Source: Bacteroidales bacterium UBA6267 (lineage in GTDB: Bacteria > Bacteroidota > Bacteroidia > Bacteroidales > UBA1556). From it: DNA of 64,000 nt. The notes beneath the pieces are model-generated. The model was not told the origin of the DNA and ran no database searches. It saw only the letters and a program-made list of their open reading frames with translations. The position numbers were made by a program, and so were the translations under genes. The number at the start of each line of letters is the position of its first letter. The first letter of the stretch is position 1. The stretch lies in NCBI GenBank assembly GCA_002440745.1, contig DJVB01000046.1, positions 14,593 through 78,592 of the forward strand. Reading direction: 5' to 3'. Shown in pieces: positions 1 to 9,800 of the stretch.

Positions 1-850
1 TATCAACCAATCTTTCGGCACTAATTTTAAGTCATTGGCGATAAAATCAAACTGGTCGTCTCGAAAACCTCCCCAATAACCACTACTGTCGCGCGGATCG
101 GGATATAAGATATCATCCAAAATTATGAAATGAACTTTACCTTGATTAAACGAGTAAGTAGCCGGGCCGAAATGTTGTTCAAAACTTTCATCCGAGAGGC
201 TATCGTGCTGAACATCATAGTTTTCGTCGTGATTTCCCATCACATTATGCCAGGGAATACCCACGTGGCTCAAAGCTTTTTTGTAAGGTAAAAACAAGCT
301 TAAATCATCGCCAACCAAATCGCCTAGACTCAATCCAAACTCCACTCCCTGAACTCCCCCCACTTCCTTGACTATTCCATGATAAAAATAATCAACCTCC
401 GTTTCGGTATAAGGTTGCGGGTCGCCAAAAACTAAAATGCGGAAATTTTCCGAAGCAACTTTTGGAATAAGAGCAAAATTGATAAGTTCAGGAAGATCAC
501 CTGTAGGAGGAACTCCACTATATTTCAATTTCGGAGAGCCGTTGGGTTTGTGAATATAATAAAACAAAGGCTGATTCAGCTCGTTTAGCGGCAAATCGTA
601 GTTTGATGGTTTTATCACAAAGAATATTTGGTCGTCCTGCGCCGGCAATTCATATCTGCCATTTTTGTCGGTGTGAACCACATCCACTCCATTTGAAACG
701 GCAACGCCTTCAATGCCTTTCTCCTTTCGATCCATCAAATTATTCCTGTTAAGGTCTTCAAAGACAAATCCGCGAGCAATATTCTGTGCATCAGCCACTT
801 GGAAACTAAGAAACAAAGCAATGGAAAGAAGCAAAATATTTTTAAACATA
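1..850 (-). CDS. secreted calcineurin-like metallophosphoesterase (partial; 3' end lies beyond the window start)
   Basis: Absent from the ORF track because there is no stop inside the window. My reverse-strand translation from the ATG (complement of 848-850) gives signal peptide MFKNILLLSIALFLSFQVADAQ. This is followed by a carboxypeptidase-regulatory-like segment (GFVFEDLNRNN...HTDKNGRYEL) and phosphoesterase motifs FGDPQ, GDLVGDD and GNHDENYD. Confidence 0.8.
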
Positions 851-1052
851 GCTAATTTCTTCTTGGGTTTAGGTTATAAAAATCAATTTGGAAAGGCAAC
901 AAAAGTATTTATTTACCCTAACCTTTTGATTTTTTCCTCATTAAGAAACCATTAATTCTAAGATATACTTTAGAATTAATGGCTTCCTTGTTTATTAGAT
1001 GGGACTGATTTTTCGGCTAATTCAAGACGGGAATAATCTAATTTGCAGAGCT

Positions 1053-1733
1053 CTACGTTGGATAACAAACAATATCAACATGATACCTTATTAAACGTTT
1101 TTCATAATACGAAGGACTTGAGAAGAAAAAATAGGAAGAAAGTACCCTTCCCACATTCTCTCCATACATATTATGGCTGTATCGAGGGCTAGTGATACCG
1201 GGAGGCGCAGGTTGATAATACTCTGTGGAAATTTTATAATCTATTACATTAAAAGTTCCTGCCGGAACCGTAATTGGTGTAGGGGTTTGCTCCATAAAAC
1301 CATAAAGCACAAACATGGTATCCGTTGCTCCAATCAATTGAACTCGTGTGGCAAGCGTATCTCCAATTCTGTTCGGTGCCAATAGAATATCTCCATGTTG
1401 ATTCACCAAATAACCACTCGAATCGCGTGAAATTTGAACAATACCCCAATTCCCGCCATTGAAAGGATAATTTATTCCTTCTAATACAAAATAAGTGTTG
1501 TTATTAATCACGGTGTCACGCGTAATAATCACACTGTCAATTTGATTTGTTGATATGGCAACTCCTAAGGTGTCAATTTTGTACTGTTCGTAAACCCAAT
1601 AGTTTCCAATTTTTAGAGGAAAATAGTTTTTAGTTACCGGATTCGGAGTCTCTTGGTTAGTGTCATCATTATTATCTTTTTTACAAGATGCGAATAATGC
1701 AATCGTCAATGCTAAGGCAAATAGAATTCTCAT
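1053..1733 (-). CDS. hypothetical lipoprotein
   Basis: 226-aa ORF. N-terminus MRILFALALTIALFASCKKD is a lipoprotein signal with a lipobox Cys. No recognisable catalytic motif. Confidence 0.6.
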   Translation of the reverse strand: MRILFALALTIALFASCKKDNNDDTNQETPNPVTKNYFPLKIGNYWVYEQYKIDTLGVAISTNQIDSVIITRDTVINNNTYFVLEGINYPFNGGNWGIVQISRDSSGYLVNQHGDILLAPNRIGDTLATRVQLIGATDTMFVLYGFMEQTPTPITVPAGTFNVIDYKISTEYYQPAPPGITSPRYSHNMYGENVGRVLSSYFFFSSPSYYEKRLIRYHVDIVCYPT

Positions 1734-1922
1734 AGTAGTAGTAAATTTAAATTAAACAATTAAGTGTTAAAGTGTAGAATTTCTATTCGTCATAGGCTTT
1801 AGTAAAAGAGCTGAAAAAACGACAGTATGAGAGAATTATTATTCTTTGAAATGAAATATTGGAAAATTTTCCTCGCCATTATCCTTAATACAAATTTAGC
1901 AATGACCTTTGATTTTTTAGTG

Positions 1923-1930
1923 TATTTTTG
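1923..1930 (+). promoter_or_regulatory. Bacteroidota -7 promoter box (TAnnTTTG)
   Basis: 'tatttttg' lies 21 nt upstream of the ATG at 1951. Confidence 0.45.
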
Positions 1931-1950
1931 ACCCTTTCTAAAACTTCCTT

Positions 1951-2820
1951 ATGCACAAGTTAAACAATAGTTTCTCAGGTATTATGCGCAATTGCCGGCA
2001 ATTTGTGCAAAGTCTTATAGTTTTTACTTTTTTTCTGTTTAGCACCTATCTTGCTGTAGGTCAAGACTATTTTTCACTTTTAGGAGCCTCAAATCTTAGC
2101 GGTGGGACGGCCACTACCGATGTTTGGTCGGCAAATAATAACCAAGCCGGACTTGCCTTTCAAGAGCCATTTATAAGCGTAGCATTCGACTATCAAAACC
2201 GTTTTTTGATGAAATCGCTCGACCAAACTTCCTTCGCCATTTCTCATAAATCTAAGTCAGGTGGCTTTGGATTATCCTTCAACAGCTTTGGCATCGAAAC
2301 CTTCAATACCAAAAAAGTAACGCTCAGCTATGGAAAGTCCTTCGGGTCAAAATTTTCGTTCGGATTAGGCTTAGACTATATAAATATTTTTCAATCAGAG
2401 CTTTATGGTTCAAAAAATCTATTCACTTTTGAAATGGGTATGATGGCTAAACCTACTGAGAAGTTCAACATCGGAGCTCATGTGTTCAATCCAATTCGTG
2501 CCAAAATTGATGATTATAGCGGCGAAACCATGCCTGTAATTCTCAATTTAGGTGTGAGATGGCAGGCTACAAATCAGTTTAATATCACGGCTGACATAAT
2601 GAATGATGTTGTGAATCAGATAAATATAAGTGCCCGTGGAGAATACCTCATCCGTGAAATTATCTTCGTGAGGCTTGGCGTTGTGCACAATCAAAACCTA
2701 TCCTATACTTTTGGTGTCGGACTGCATCTTGGCGATTTTTATATCGACTTTTCTAATAGGTTGCACCCTGTTTTGGGGCAGTCTCCCGGAGTTTCCATTC
2801 GTTATGATTTCATACAATAA
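1951..2820 (+). CDS. outer-membrane beta-barrel protein, PorV/PorQ-like (FadL-like) type, possibly T9SS-associated
   Basis: 289-aa ORF with a signal peptide ending AVGQ. N-terminal 'LLGASNLSGGTATTDVWSANNNQAGLAF' resembles the GxGGA...NPAGLA signature of PorV/PorQ-type barrels. Alternating beta-strand pattern and a C-terminal aromatic residue region (RYDFIQ). Confidence 0.4.
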   Translation: MHKLNNSFSGIMRNCRQFVQSLIVFTFFLFSTYLAVGQDYFSLLGASNLSGGTATTDVWSANNNQAGLAFQEPFISVAFDYQNRFLMKSLDQTSFAISHKSKSGGFGLSFNSFGIETFNTKKVTLSYGKSFGSKFSFGLGLDYINIFQSELYGSKNLFTFEMGMMAKPTEKFNIGAHVFNPIRAKIDDYSGETMPVILNLGVRWQATNQFNITADIMNDVVNQINISARGEYLIREIIFVRLGVVHNQNLSYTFGVGLHLGDFYIDFSNRLHPVLGQSPGVSIRYDFIQ

Positions 2821-2825
2821 CTACC

Positions 2826-4886
2826 ATGAAGATTAAGAAAATTGTCCTAAGTCTGTTCTGGTTTGCGATGCTTTTTTTGGCTAAAAACACATTTTCGCAA
2901 GAGCTTTCCTACGACATGATTCGCCAAAAAGTAGAAGATTTTGCCGAACGTTTTGAAGTGGAAATGGATTATGCCGACTTTGTGGATGTATTGTACTATT
3001 TTCATAAAAACCCATTAAATCTTAACGAAGCTACTGAAGAACAGTTACTTTCACTTGGTTTGCTCAACGATATGCAGATTGCAGCTTTATTGGAATACCG
3101 GCAGAAAAAGGGAAATCTTGCAACTATTTACGAACTAAAGGACATCGCAGGCTTCGATTATTTGCTTGCATACGAATTGCGTTATTTTGTTTATGTAGGA
3201 CCTCCTACAACCAAAATAAAGACTCCTGTAAAAACTTATGTAACCCGTGGCAGACACGACCTTATCATGCGACATGGCCGAGTTTTGGAAACTCAGGAAG
3301 GCTTCAGCGACACTTCCGATTCGAGATATTTGGGCTCGCCTGACAAACTCTATTTTCGCTACCGCTATACTTATCGCGACAAGCTGAGCATAGGACTCTT
3401 AGGCGAAAAAGATGCCGGCGAGGAGTTTTACAAAGGGAGCAATAAAACAGGTTTCGACTTTTATTCGGCACATGCTTTCCTCAACCGCGAAGGATTTGTG
3501 TCGAAAGTTGCCATTGGTGACTATCATTTAGAATTTGGTCAAGGTTTGACTTTGTGGTCGGGCTTGGGTTTTGGCAAATCAGTTGACGCAATGGGAACCC
3601 AAAAAGGAGCTCGAGGTTTGCGTGTGAACACCTCAGCCAACGAAAATCTCTTTATGCGTGGCGCCGCCTTTGAGCTTAATCCTTTTAAACCCGTCACGCT
3701 CACCTTGTTTTATAGCAATAAAAATTTAGATGCCGGTTTGGAAACAGATACAGCTTCGGCTGAGGAATACTTTTTTAGTTCAATTCAAGAGTCAGGCTAT
3801 CATCGGACTTTCAACGAATTATCGAAAGAAAACAGCATCAATGAGCAACTTTTTGGGGGGCATCTGAAATATTCCAAAAATGGGTTGGTTTTAGGCGCAA
3901 CAGTTTATAAAACTATCTTTGACAAACCGCTTATCAAAAATGCTGCACTTTACCAAATCCATGATTTTCAAGGAGATAATAATCTAAATACCGGAGTAAA
4001 TTTTTCTTGGCAGTTGAAACGCATTGGAGTTTTTGGAGAAATGGCTATGAGTCAAAATGGAGGCATTGCAGGGCTGGCCGGCATGGTTGCCGATATTTTC
4101 CCTCGATTGAAAATGAGCCTTATCTATCGCGATTATACCCCTGAATATCAAGTATTTTACGCTGCTCCTTTTGCCGAAGCTTCAGGAGCACACAACGAAA
4201 AAGGCTTTTATCTTGGCACACGTGTTTATGTTGGACGCAACTCTGTGATGAACGCTTACTACGATTTATTTTCGTTTCCGTGGCTTCGCTACCGTGTCGA
4301 TGCACCTTCGCATGGAAATGAATTTATGGTGGATTATAAAAAGAATATCAACCGGCATTTCGTTTTCTACAGCCGATTCCGCTCTGAAAACAAAATGCTG
4401 AACCAATCGGACGAGCTCTATATCAATCAACCTCAACCGGTTCAAAAACAAAGTCTTAGATTCAATTTCTCCTACGACTTTTCCAACGATTGGTATTTCC
4501 AAACCCGATTTGAAATCGTAAAATATCATCATCAGCCCGAAGAGCAAAAATGGGGTTATTTACTTTTTCAAGATTTTAAATATCGTCCCACCGACAAGCC
4601 TTTCGACTTTAGTATTCGCTATGCACTCTTCAACACAGATACCTACGACACAAGGATTTACGCTTATGAAAATGATGTTTTATATAAATTTTCCATTCCA
4701 GGCTACTATTACCAAGGACAGCGATATTATGTCATGTTTCATTGGGATGTTACCTCACGAATCGACTTTTGGTTTCGGTTTTCACAAACGGTTTATTTCG
4801 ATAGAGATGTAATCGGCAGCGGTCAAGACGAAATTCAAGGAAATAAAAAATCAGAAATTACCACACAGATTAGGATGAAGTTTTAG
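2826..4886 (+). CDS. helix-hairpin-helix (ComEA-like) domain-containing outer-membrane protein
   Basis: 686-aa ORF with a signal peptide. HhH-like segment 'LNEATEEQLLSLGLLNDMQIAALLEYRQKKGNLATIYELKDIAGF'. The long C-terminal region is rich in aromatic/Gly beta-strand patterns and ends in ...QIRMKF (terminal Phe typical of OM barrels). Confidence 0.65.
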   Translation: MKIKKIVLSLFWFAMLFLAKNTFSQELSYDMIRQKVEDFAERFEVEMDYADFVDVLYYFHKNPLNLNEATEEQLLSLGLLNDMQIAALLEYRQKKGNLATIYELKDIAGFDYLLAYELRYFVYVGPPTTKIKTPVKTYVTRGRHDLIMRHGRVLETQEGFSDTSDSRYLGSPDKLYFRYRYTYRDKLSIGLLGEKDAGEEFYKGSNKTGFDFYSAHAFLNREGFVSKVAIGDYHLEFGQGLTLWSGLGFGKSVDAMGTQKGARGLRVNTSANENLFMRGAAFELNPFKPVTLTLFYSNKNLDAGLETDTASAEEYFFSSIQESGYHRTFNELSKENSINEQLFGGHLKYSKNGLVLGATVYKTIFDKPLIKNAALYQIHDFQGDNNLNTGVNFSWQLKRIGVFGEMAMSQNGGIAGLAGMVADIFPRLKMSLIYRDYTPEYQVFYAAPFAEASGAHNEKGFYLGTRVYVGRNSVMNAYYDLFSFPWLRYRVDAPSHGNEFMVDYKKNINRHFVFYSRFRSENKMLNQSDELYINQPQPVQKQSLRFNFSYDFSNDWYFQTRFEIVKYHHQPEEQKWGYLLFQDFKYRPTDKPFDFSIRYALFNTDTYDTRIYAYENDVLYKFSIPGYYYQGQRYYVMFHWDVTSRIDFWFRFSQTVYFDRDVIGSGQDEIQGNKKSEITTQIRMKF

Positions 4887-4887
4887 A

Positions 4888-5075
4888 GGGCAAGGCGCAG
4901 AGGGCAGGGCGCAGAGGGCAGAAGTCAGAAGTCGGAGGGCAGAGGTCAGAGATCAGAGATCAGAGGTCAGAGATCAGAAGTCAGAGAACAGAAGGGAGTA
5001 GTATGTAGTATGTAGTATGTAGAAAATAGTAAATTGAGAATAGAGTTCAGGACAACCAACAATCAACAACAAATT
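4888..5075. repeat. phased heptanucleotide tandem array A (NNNCAGA x15, then AGTATGT x3, then CAA-rich heptamers)
   Basis: Read by hand: gggcaag gcgcaga gggcagg gcgcaga gggcaga agtcaga agtcgga gggcaga ggtcaga gatcaga gatcaga ggtcaga gatcaga agtcaga gaacaga agggagt agtatgt agtatgt agtatgt. That is 19 units (4888-5020) with no indel. It is followed by acaacca/acaatca/acaacaa. Confidence 0.9.
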
Positions 5076-5114
5076 CAAATTATCGGAAAGTACATCTCTT
5101 AATTTATGATTTCA

Positions 5115-5405
5115 TTATGGTCTTTTATTCGGATTAAGTCTATTGTGGAAACAAGATAATACCCTAACCGTTTTATTATCTTCATTGATGGTAAAATACA
5201 AGGAGTGGGGAAACTTATTTATCTTTAAAACCCTAATATTTTTGTACAGAATTCTAAAAAAAGGGTTGATTTCCAATGTGCTGAAAGCATTTTTAACTGA
5301 TGCGATGAATTTTACAGGGGCGTCCACACTATACAAAGCATAGTATTCAATAGCATTTTCTATCTCTTTTTGGGCACGTGGCGAAATAATGATTTTATAA
5401 TCCAT
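5115..5405 (-). CDS. type II toxin-antitoxin system RelE/ParE-family toxin
   Basis: 96 aa. 'YKIIISPRAQKEIENAIEYY...' N-terminus and 'RVLSCFHNRLNP' C-terminus are typical of Bacteroidota ParE-like toxins. It overlaps the upstream small gene by 11 nt. Confidence 0.8.
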   Translation of the reverse strand: MDYKIIISPRAQKEIENAIEYYALYSVDAPVKFIASVKNAFSTLEINPFFRILYKNIRVLKINKFPHSLYFTINEDNKTVRVLSCFHNRLNPNKRP

Positions 5406-5631
5406 ACTTATTATTGAGCTGATTGATAGACTCTTTGGCAGTTAGATAAGTGCTTTCATCTTCCTGCATTCGTTCATCTAAAACAGCTTTCATATCAGCC
5501 GAAAGTTCAAAATAACTATCGTCCTCTTCCACAATGATAGAAATGGGCTTAGATTTAAAAGCAGCCTTGATGGCATCTAAAATGTCGGTACTAACGTCCT
5601 GTGCTGATGTCAAATGAAAAGTCGTTTGCAT
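5395..5631 (-). CDS. putative cognate antitoxin
   Basis: 78-aa acidic protein located immediately upstream of, and overlapping, the ParE-like gene. This is classic TA architecture. No DNA-binding motif recognised by eye. Confidence 0.55.
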   Translation of the reverse strand: MQTTFHLTSAQDVSTDILDAIKAAFKSKPISIIVEEDDSYFELSADMKAVLDERMQEDESTYLTAKESINQLNNKYGL

Positions 5632-5637
5632 AATATT

Positions 5638-5898
5638 TTATTTTGAAAATTGTATATTTTGGTCAAAAATGCTTTGAAACTTTAGCTTGGTAAGATTACT
5701 TTCAACAATTTCAGTGAATGTCTGATTGATGTCTTGCGCCTGATGATTGATTTTCCGTAATATATCAAAATCAAAATTACCAACTATCTTGACGGCAAAT
5801 GGCACTATAAAAACTCGGTTCAAAAACATATAGATTTTCCGAATTATATCTTTAGGTTCTTGAATCTGCTTAGTATTAGTACTTACCTGCATAAGCAT
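5638..5898 (-). CDS. hypothetical small protein, first gene of the TA cassette transcription unit
   Basis: 86-aa ORF lying 6 nt upstream of the antitoxin gene on the same strand. A TAATTTTG box sits just upstream. Confidence 0.3.
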   Translation of the reverse strand: MLMQVSTNTKQIQEPKDIIRKIYMFLNRVFIVPFAVKIVGNFDFDILRKINHQAQDINQTFTEIVESNLTKLKFQSIFDQNIQFSK

Positions 5899-5908
5899 AA
5901 AGTTTTCA

Positions 5909-5916
5909 CAAAATTA
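5909..5916 (-). promoter_or_regulatory. Bacteroidota -7 box (TAATTTTG on minus strand) for the 3-gene TA cassette
   Basis: Plus-strand 'caaaatta' at 5909-5916, about 10 nt upstream of the ATG at 5898. A second TATTTTTG lies further upstream on the minus strand. Confidence 0.35.
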
Positions 5917-5971
5917 AGTATTTCTTTGAAAGAAATAATTACGAAATTACAAAAATAGGAAAAAGATGGAA

Positions 5972-6175
5972 GAGCAGGGAGCATGGCGCAGGGGGCAGAG
6001 ATCAGAGGGCAGAGATCAGAGGTCAGAAAGTAGTACGAAGAGTTCGGAAAAAGCAAAAAACATTTACCCTACGAAGCCCTTGATCTCCAAAGCTTCGGCG
6101 AAGGGGGGAGGCTAAACCCAAAACAAAAAACAAAAAACAAAAAACACCAACCAACCAACCCTAATAATTTCCCTC
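5972..6175. repeat. phased heptanucleotide tandem array B (NNNCAGR x8, then AAAAAAC x3 and CCAA-type heptamers)
   Basis: gagcagg gagcatg gcgcagg gggcaga gatcaga gggcaga gatcaga ggtcaga at 5972-6027, then aagtagt..., and later aaaaaac aaaaaac aaaaaac accaacc aaccaac. Same strand and same module order as array A. Confidence 0.9.
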
Positions 6176-6196
6176 CATATTTTTAAAAAAAACGGT

Positions 6197-6204
6197 TACT
6201 TTTG
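6197..6204 (+). promoter_or_regulatory. Bacteroidota -7 promoter box (TACTTTTG) for ruvA-sprA
   Basis: 'tacttttg' lies 23 nt upstream of the ruvA ATG at 6227. Confidence 0.5.
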
Positions 6205-6226
6205 CGGCTTTCTAAAACTTAGTATT

Positions 6227-6811
6227 ATGATTGCCCACATTGAGGGAACGATTGCCGAAATAAATCCTACTGATATTGTAATTGACTGTAACGGAGTTGG
6301 TTACCATATAAACATCAGTCTTAACACTTATGGAATCATTAAAGATTTGAAGCGAGTTAAGCTATTCACTTCAATGATTGTTCGCGAAGATGCACAGTTA
6401 CTCTTTGGTTTTCACGACCGTCAGGAACGAGAAGCTTTTCGTTTGCTCATCTTAGTGAATGGAATCGGACCGAATACCGCTCGAATGATTCTTTCTTCAA
6501 TGACTTCTTCCGAAGTTTTCAATAGCATAGTAACTGGAAACGCAACTGCTTTTCAGGCAGTTAAAGGTATTGGAGCCAAAACAGCCCAACGAATAATCCT
6601 CGATTTGAAAGACAAAGTCGGAAAAGATATAGGAACAGCAGAAATTCCGGGCAGTTCATACAATACAAACGCCGAAGAAGCGTTATCTGCCTTAGTTATG
6701 TTAGGCTTTGCACGCAATATTGCCAACAAAGCTCTGCAGAAAGTAATTAGCAACCAAGGCTTGAATTTGTCCGTTGAAGAATTTATTCGACAGGCTCTCA
6801 AGCTTTTATAG
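6227..6811 (+). CDS. ruvA: Holliday junction branch migration protein RuvA
   Basis: 194 aa. 'MIAHIEGTI...VIDCNGVGY', HhH repeats 'VNGIGPNTARMIL' and 'VKGIGAKTAQRIILDLK'. Typical RuvA length and architecture. Confidence 0.95.
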   Translation: MIAHIEGTIAEINPTDIVIDCNGVGYHINISLNTYGIIKDLKRVKLFTSMIVREDAQLLFGFHDRQEREAFRLLILVNGIGPNTARMILSSMTSSEVFNSIVTGNATAFQAVKGIGAKTAQRIILDLKDKVGKDIGTAEIPGSSYNTNAEEALSALVMLGFARNIANKALQKVISNQGLNLSVEEFIRQALKLL

Positions 6812-6840
6812 CCTTATGGTTTTATAATTTTGCAAGGAAT

Positions 6841-9800
6841 TTGAAAGTTAACATCAAAAATACAACGCTCCTACTTACGGGAGTTTTTTTTACGATTTGG
6901 GTAATTTCTTCGCCAAAAACATCCGATTCGGGGAAGGACTTCTCCCAAGTGCCTGTTTATATAAATCCGGTCGATTCTCCTGTACCCGGCGATACCCTTC
7001 TCTTCCCTATCCCTAAGCCGGACGGAAATCCTAATAATAAAACGGGAAACTCTCCCCTCTACCTTGAAAATCCACCCGGCACCGAAAATGAAGTGATCTA
7101 CGACCCGGAAACCGGTGAATATACTTTCAAAAATAAATATAATCCCAATCCACCATATTCCATGACAATGGAAGAATATATCGCTTGGGATTTGCAAAAT
7201 TCCGTTGATAAATACTGGACTGACCGCGTAGCGCAAAGTGGAAACAGCGGAGCAGGAAGTTTAATCCCAAGCTTGCACATTGGAAATAAAGCCTTTGCTA
7301 CTATCTTTGGCAGCAATACCATCGACATCAGACCTCAAGGTTCGGTGGAATTGATTTTCGGAGTGACCAGTTCAAAACGTGAAGACCCCGCGTTAGATGT
7401 TAAACGTCAACGCGTTACAAATTTTGACTTTCAGGAAAAAATTCAGATGAACGTCAGAGCGAAGGTTGGCGATAAAATTGATTTTGGAATCAACTATAAT
7501 ACTGAAGCATCTTTCGATTTCGACAATCAAATGAAATTGGCCTACGAAGGCGATGAGGATGAAATATTACAATTGGTGGAAGCAGGCGACATCAATTTCC
7601 CTTTAAACGGAACTTTAATAACCGGAAGTCAAACGCTATTTGGATTGAAAACCAAATGGAAATTTGGAAAAACTACCGTTTCGACCGTTTTCTCACAGCA
7701 GAAAAGCGAAACAAAAAATATAACGGTTGCAGGAGGTGCTCTCACTCAGGAGTTTTATATTAAAGCTGATGAATATGAAGAAAATAAGCACTTCTTTATT
7801 TCCAATTATTTTCGGGAACGATACAATGAAGCCCTATCCACTTTGCCTGCTATAAATTCACCCATAAACATCACTAAGATAGAAGTTTGGGTAACAACTG
7901 TAGGTGCACCTATCGACCAAAATAGAAATATCATTGCGCTTATGGACCTTGGCGAAAGCGAGCCCTTCCGTGACGATGTGATTTATCCTTCAATCATGGC
8001 CGGAGCTCCGCCATCAAACAAAAATAATAGCCTTTATACCGACCTCAATCAAGCCTATGTCAGGGATATAAATGCCGTTAGTAGTTACCTTTCGTCTCCG
8101 CCTTGGACATTCGTTTCGGGTCGTGATTTCGAAAAAGTAGAAAATGCACGCAGACTGAATCAAAACGAATATACCTTCAATTCCAAACTCGGTTTTATTT
8201 CAGTCAACAGCCGACTCAATCCCGATCAGGTTTTAGCCGTAGCCTTTCAATATACCATCGTAGGCAGCGATTCAGTTTATAAAGTTGGGGAATTTTCAGA
8301 TGAGGGAATTGTTGCTCCCAAAAACCTGATAGTCAAGCTCTTGAAATCAACAACCATCAACACCAATGTGCCTACTTGGGATTTGATGATGAAAAACGTT
8401 TATAGCATAAACGCCTATCAGGTCAACTCGGAAGATTTTCGCTTCGATGTGGTTTATGAAAGCCCGGAATTTGGTGTTCCTATCGGATTTCTTACCGAAG
8501 GTGCTATAAGCGGACAACCCATTATTCGTGCTTTAAGTTTGGATAGATTGAATATTCAGTTAGACCCCACACCTGATGGTGTTTTCGACTTCATCGACGG
8601 GGCTGCTACCCAAGGAGGAACCATTCAATCCAATTTTGGGAGAATCTATTTTCCTGTTTTAGAACCTTTTGGCGAAGACCTTCGGAAAGCCATCGACCCA
8701 ACAAATCCGGAAAGTCAGTTGGCTTATAAATACTCTTACGACTCCCTTTATTCTACCACAAAAAACATTGCACGACAATACCCCGACAAAAACCGTTTTG
8801 CAATGGAAGGAAGATATAAATCGTCCTCAGGAAGTGAAATTTCGTTGCAGGCAATGAATGTTCCTCAGGGATCGGTAACCGTTACTGCAGGCGGTGTGCC
8901 GCTGCGCGAAAATGTGGATTATACGGTAGATTACACCCTTGGACGTGTTAAAATCATCAACGAAGGTATTCTCAGCTCCGGCACCCCAATCAATATCTCC
9001 TTGGAAAGCAATAATATGTTTGCCATTCAAACAAAAACTCTATTAGGTGCTCATGTGGATTACGATTTTAATCCCGACTTAAAATTAGGCGCCACTATTT
9101 TAAATTTAACTGAAAGACCTCTAACATATAAAGTTAACACGGGTGATGAACCTATTTCGAACACCATTTGGGGATTGGATGGAAGTTATCAAAAAGAGTC
9201 GGTTTGGCTAACCAAAATGATTGATAAACTGCCATTTATAGAAACCAAAGCACCATCCCGTGTTAGTATTACGGGCGAATTTGCCCATATAATCCCGGGA
9301 CATCCACGGGCTTTAGGGAAAACCGGCGTTTCGTATATCGACGACTTCGACGGCAGCACATCAGGCATCGACATGATGAATATGGGACAGTGGTTTTTGG
9401 CTTCCACACCACGCGGTCAAACCAACCAGAACATGTTCCCCGAGGGCGGTTTCTTATTCGACACCATCGCCACGGGATTCAACAGAGCCCGAATAGCGTG
9501 GTATGTTATCGACCCACTATTTCTTAGAAATAATACCATCACTCCCGACCACATTAAAAACGACCCCGACCAGCAGTCGAATCATTATGTAAGAGAAATA
9601 TATGAACGTGAGGTTTTTCCAAATAAAGAGCAAAATGGTAACGTTCCAACGGTTCTTTCGGTGTTGAATTTAGCTTATTATCCATCGGAACGAGGACCTT
9701 ATAATTTCGATGTTGAAGGAGGAAGTTTTTCAGCAGGTATCAATGCTGATGGAAGCCTAAAAGACCCTGACACTCGTTGGGGCGGAGTAATGCGAAAAGT

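Noticed and set aside
713-955. 80-aa plus-strand ORF
   Set aside because: It mostly overlaps the N-terminus of the well-supported minus-strand phosphoesterase gene in antisense. There is no promoter box or recognisable motif.
4887-6175. Could the short-period arrays be CRISPR arrays?
   Set aside because: The units are 7-8 nt and contiguous with no spacers. CRISPR repeats are 24-48 nt separated by unique spacers of similar size. No cas genes are in the window.
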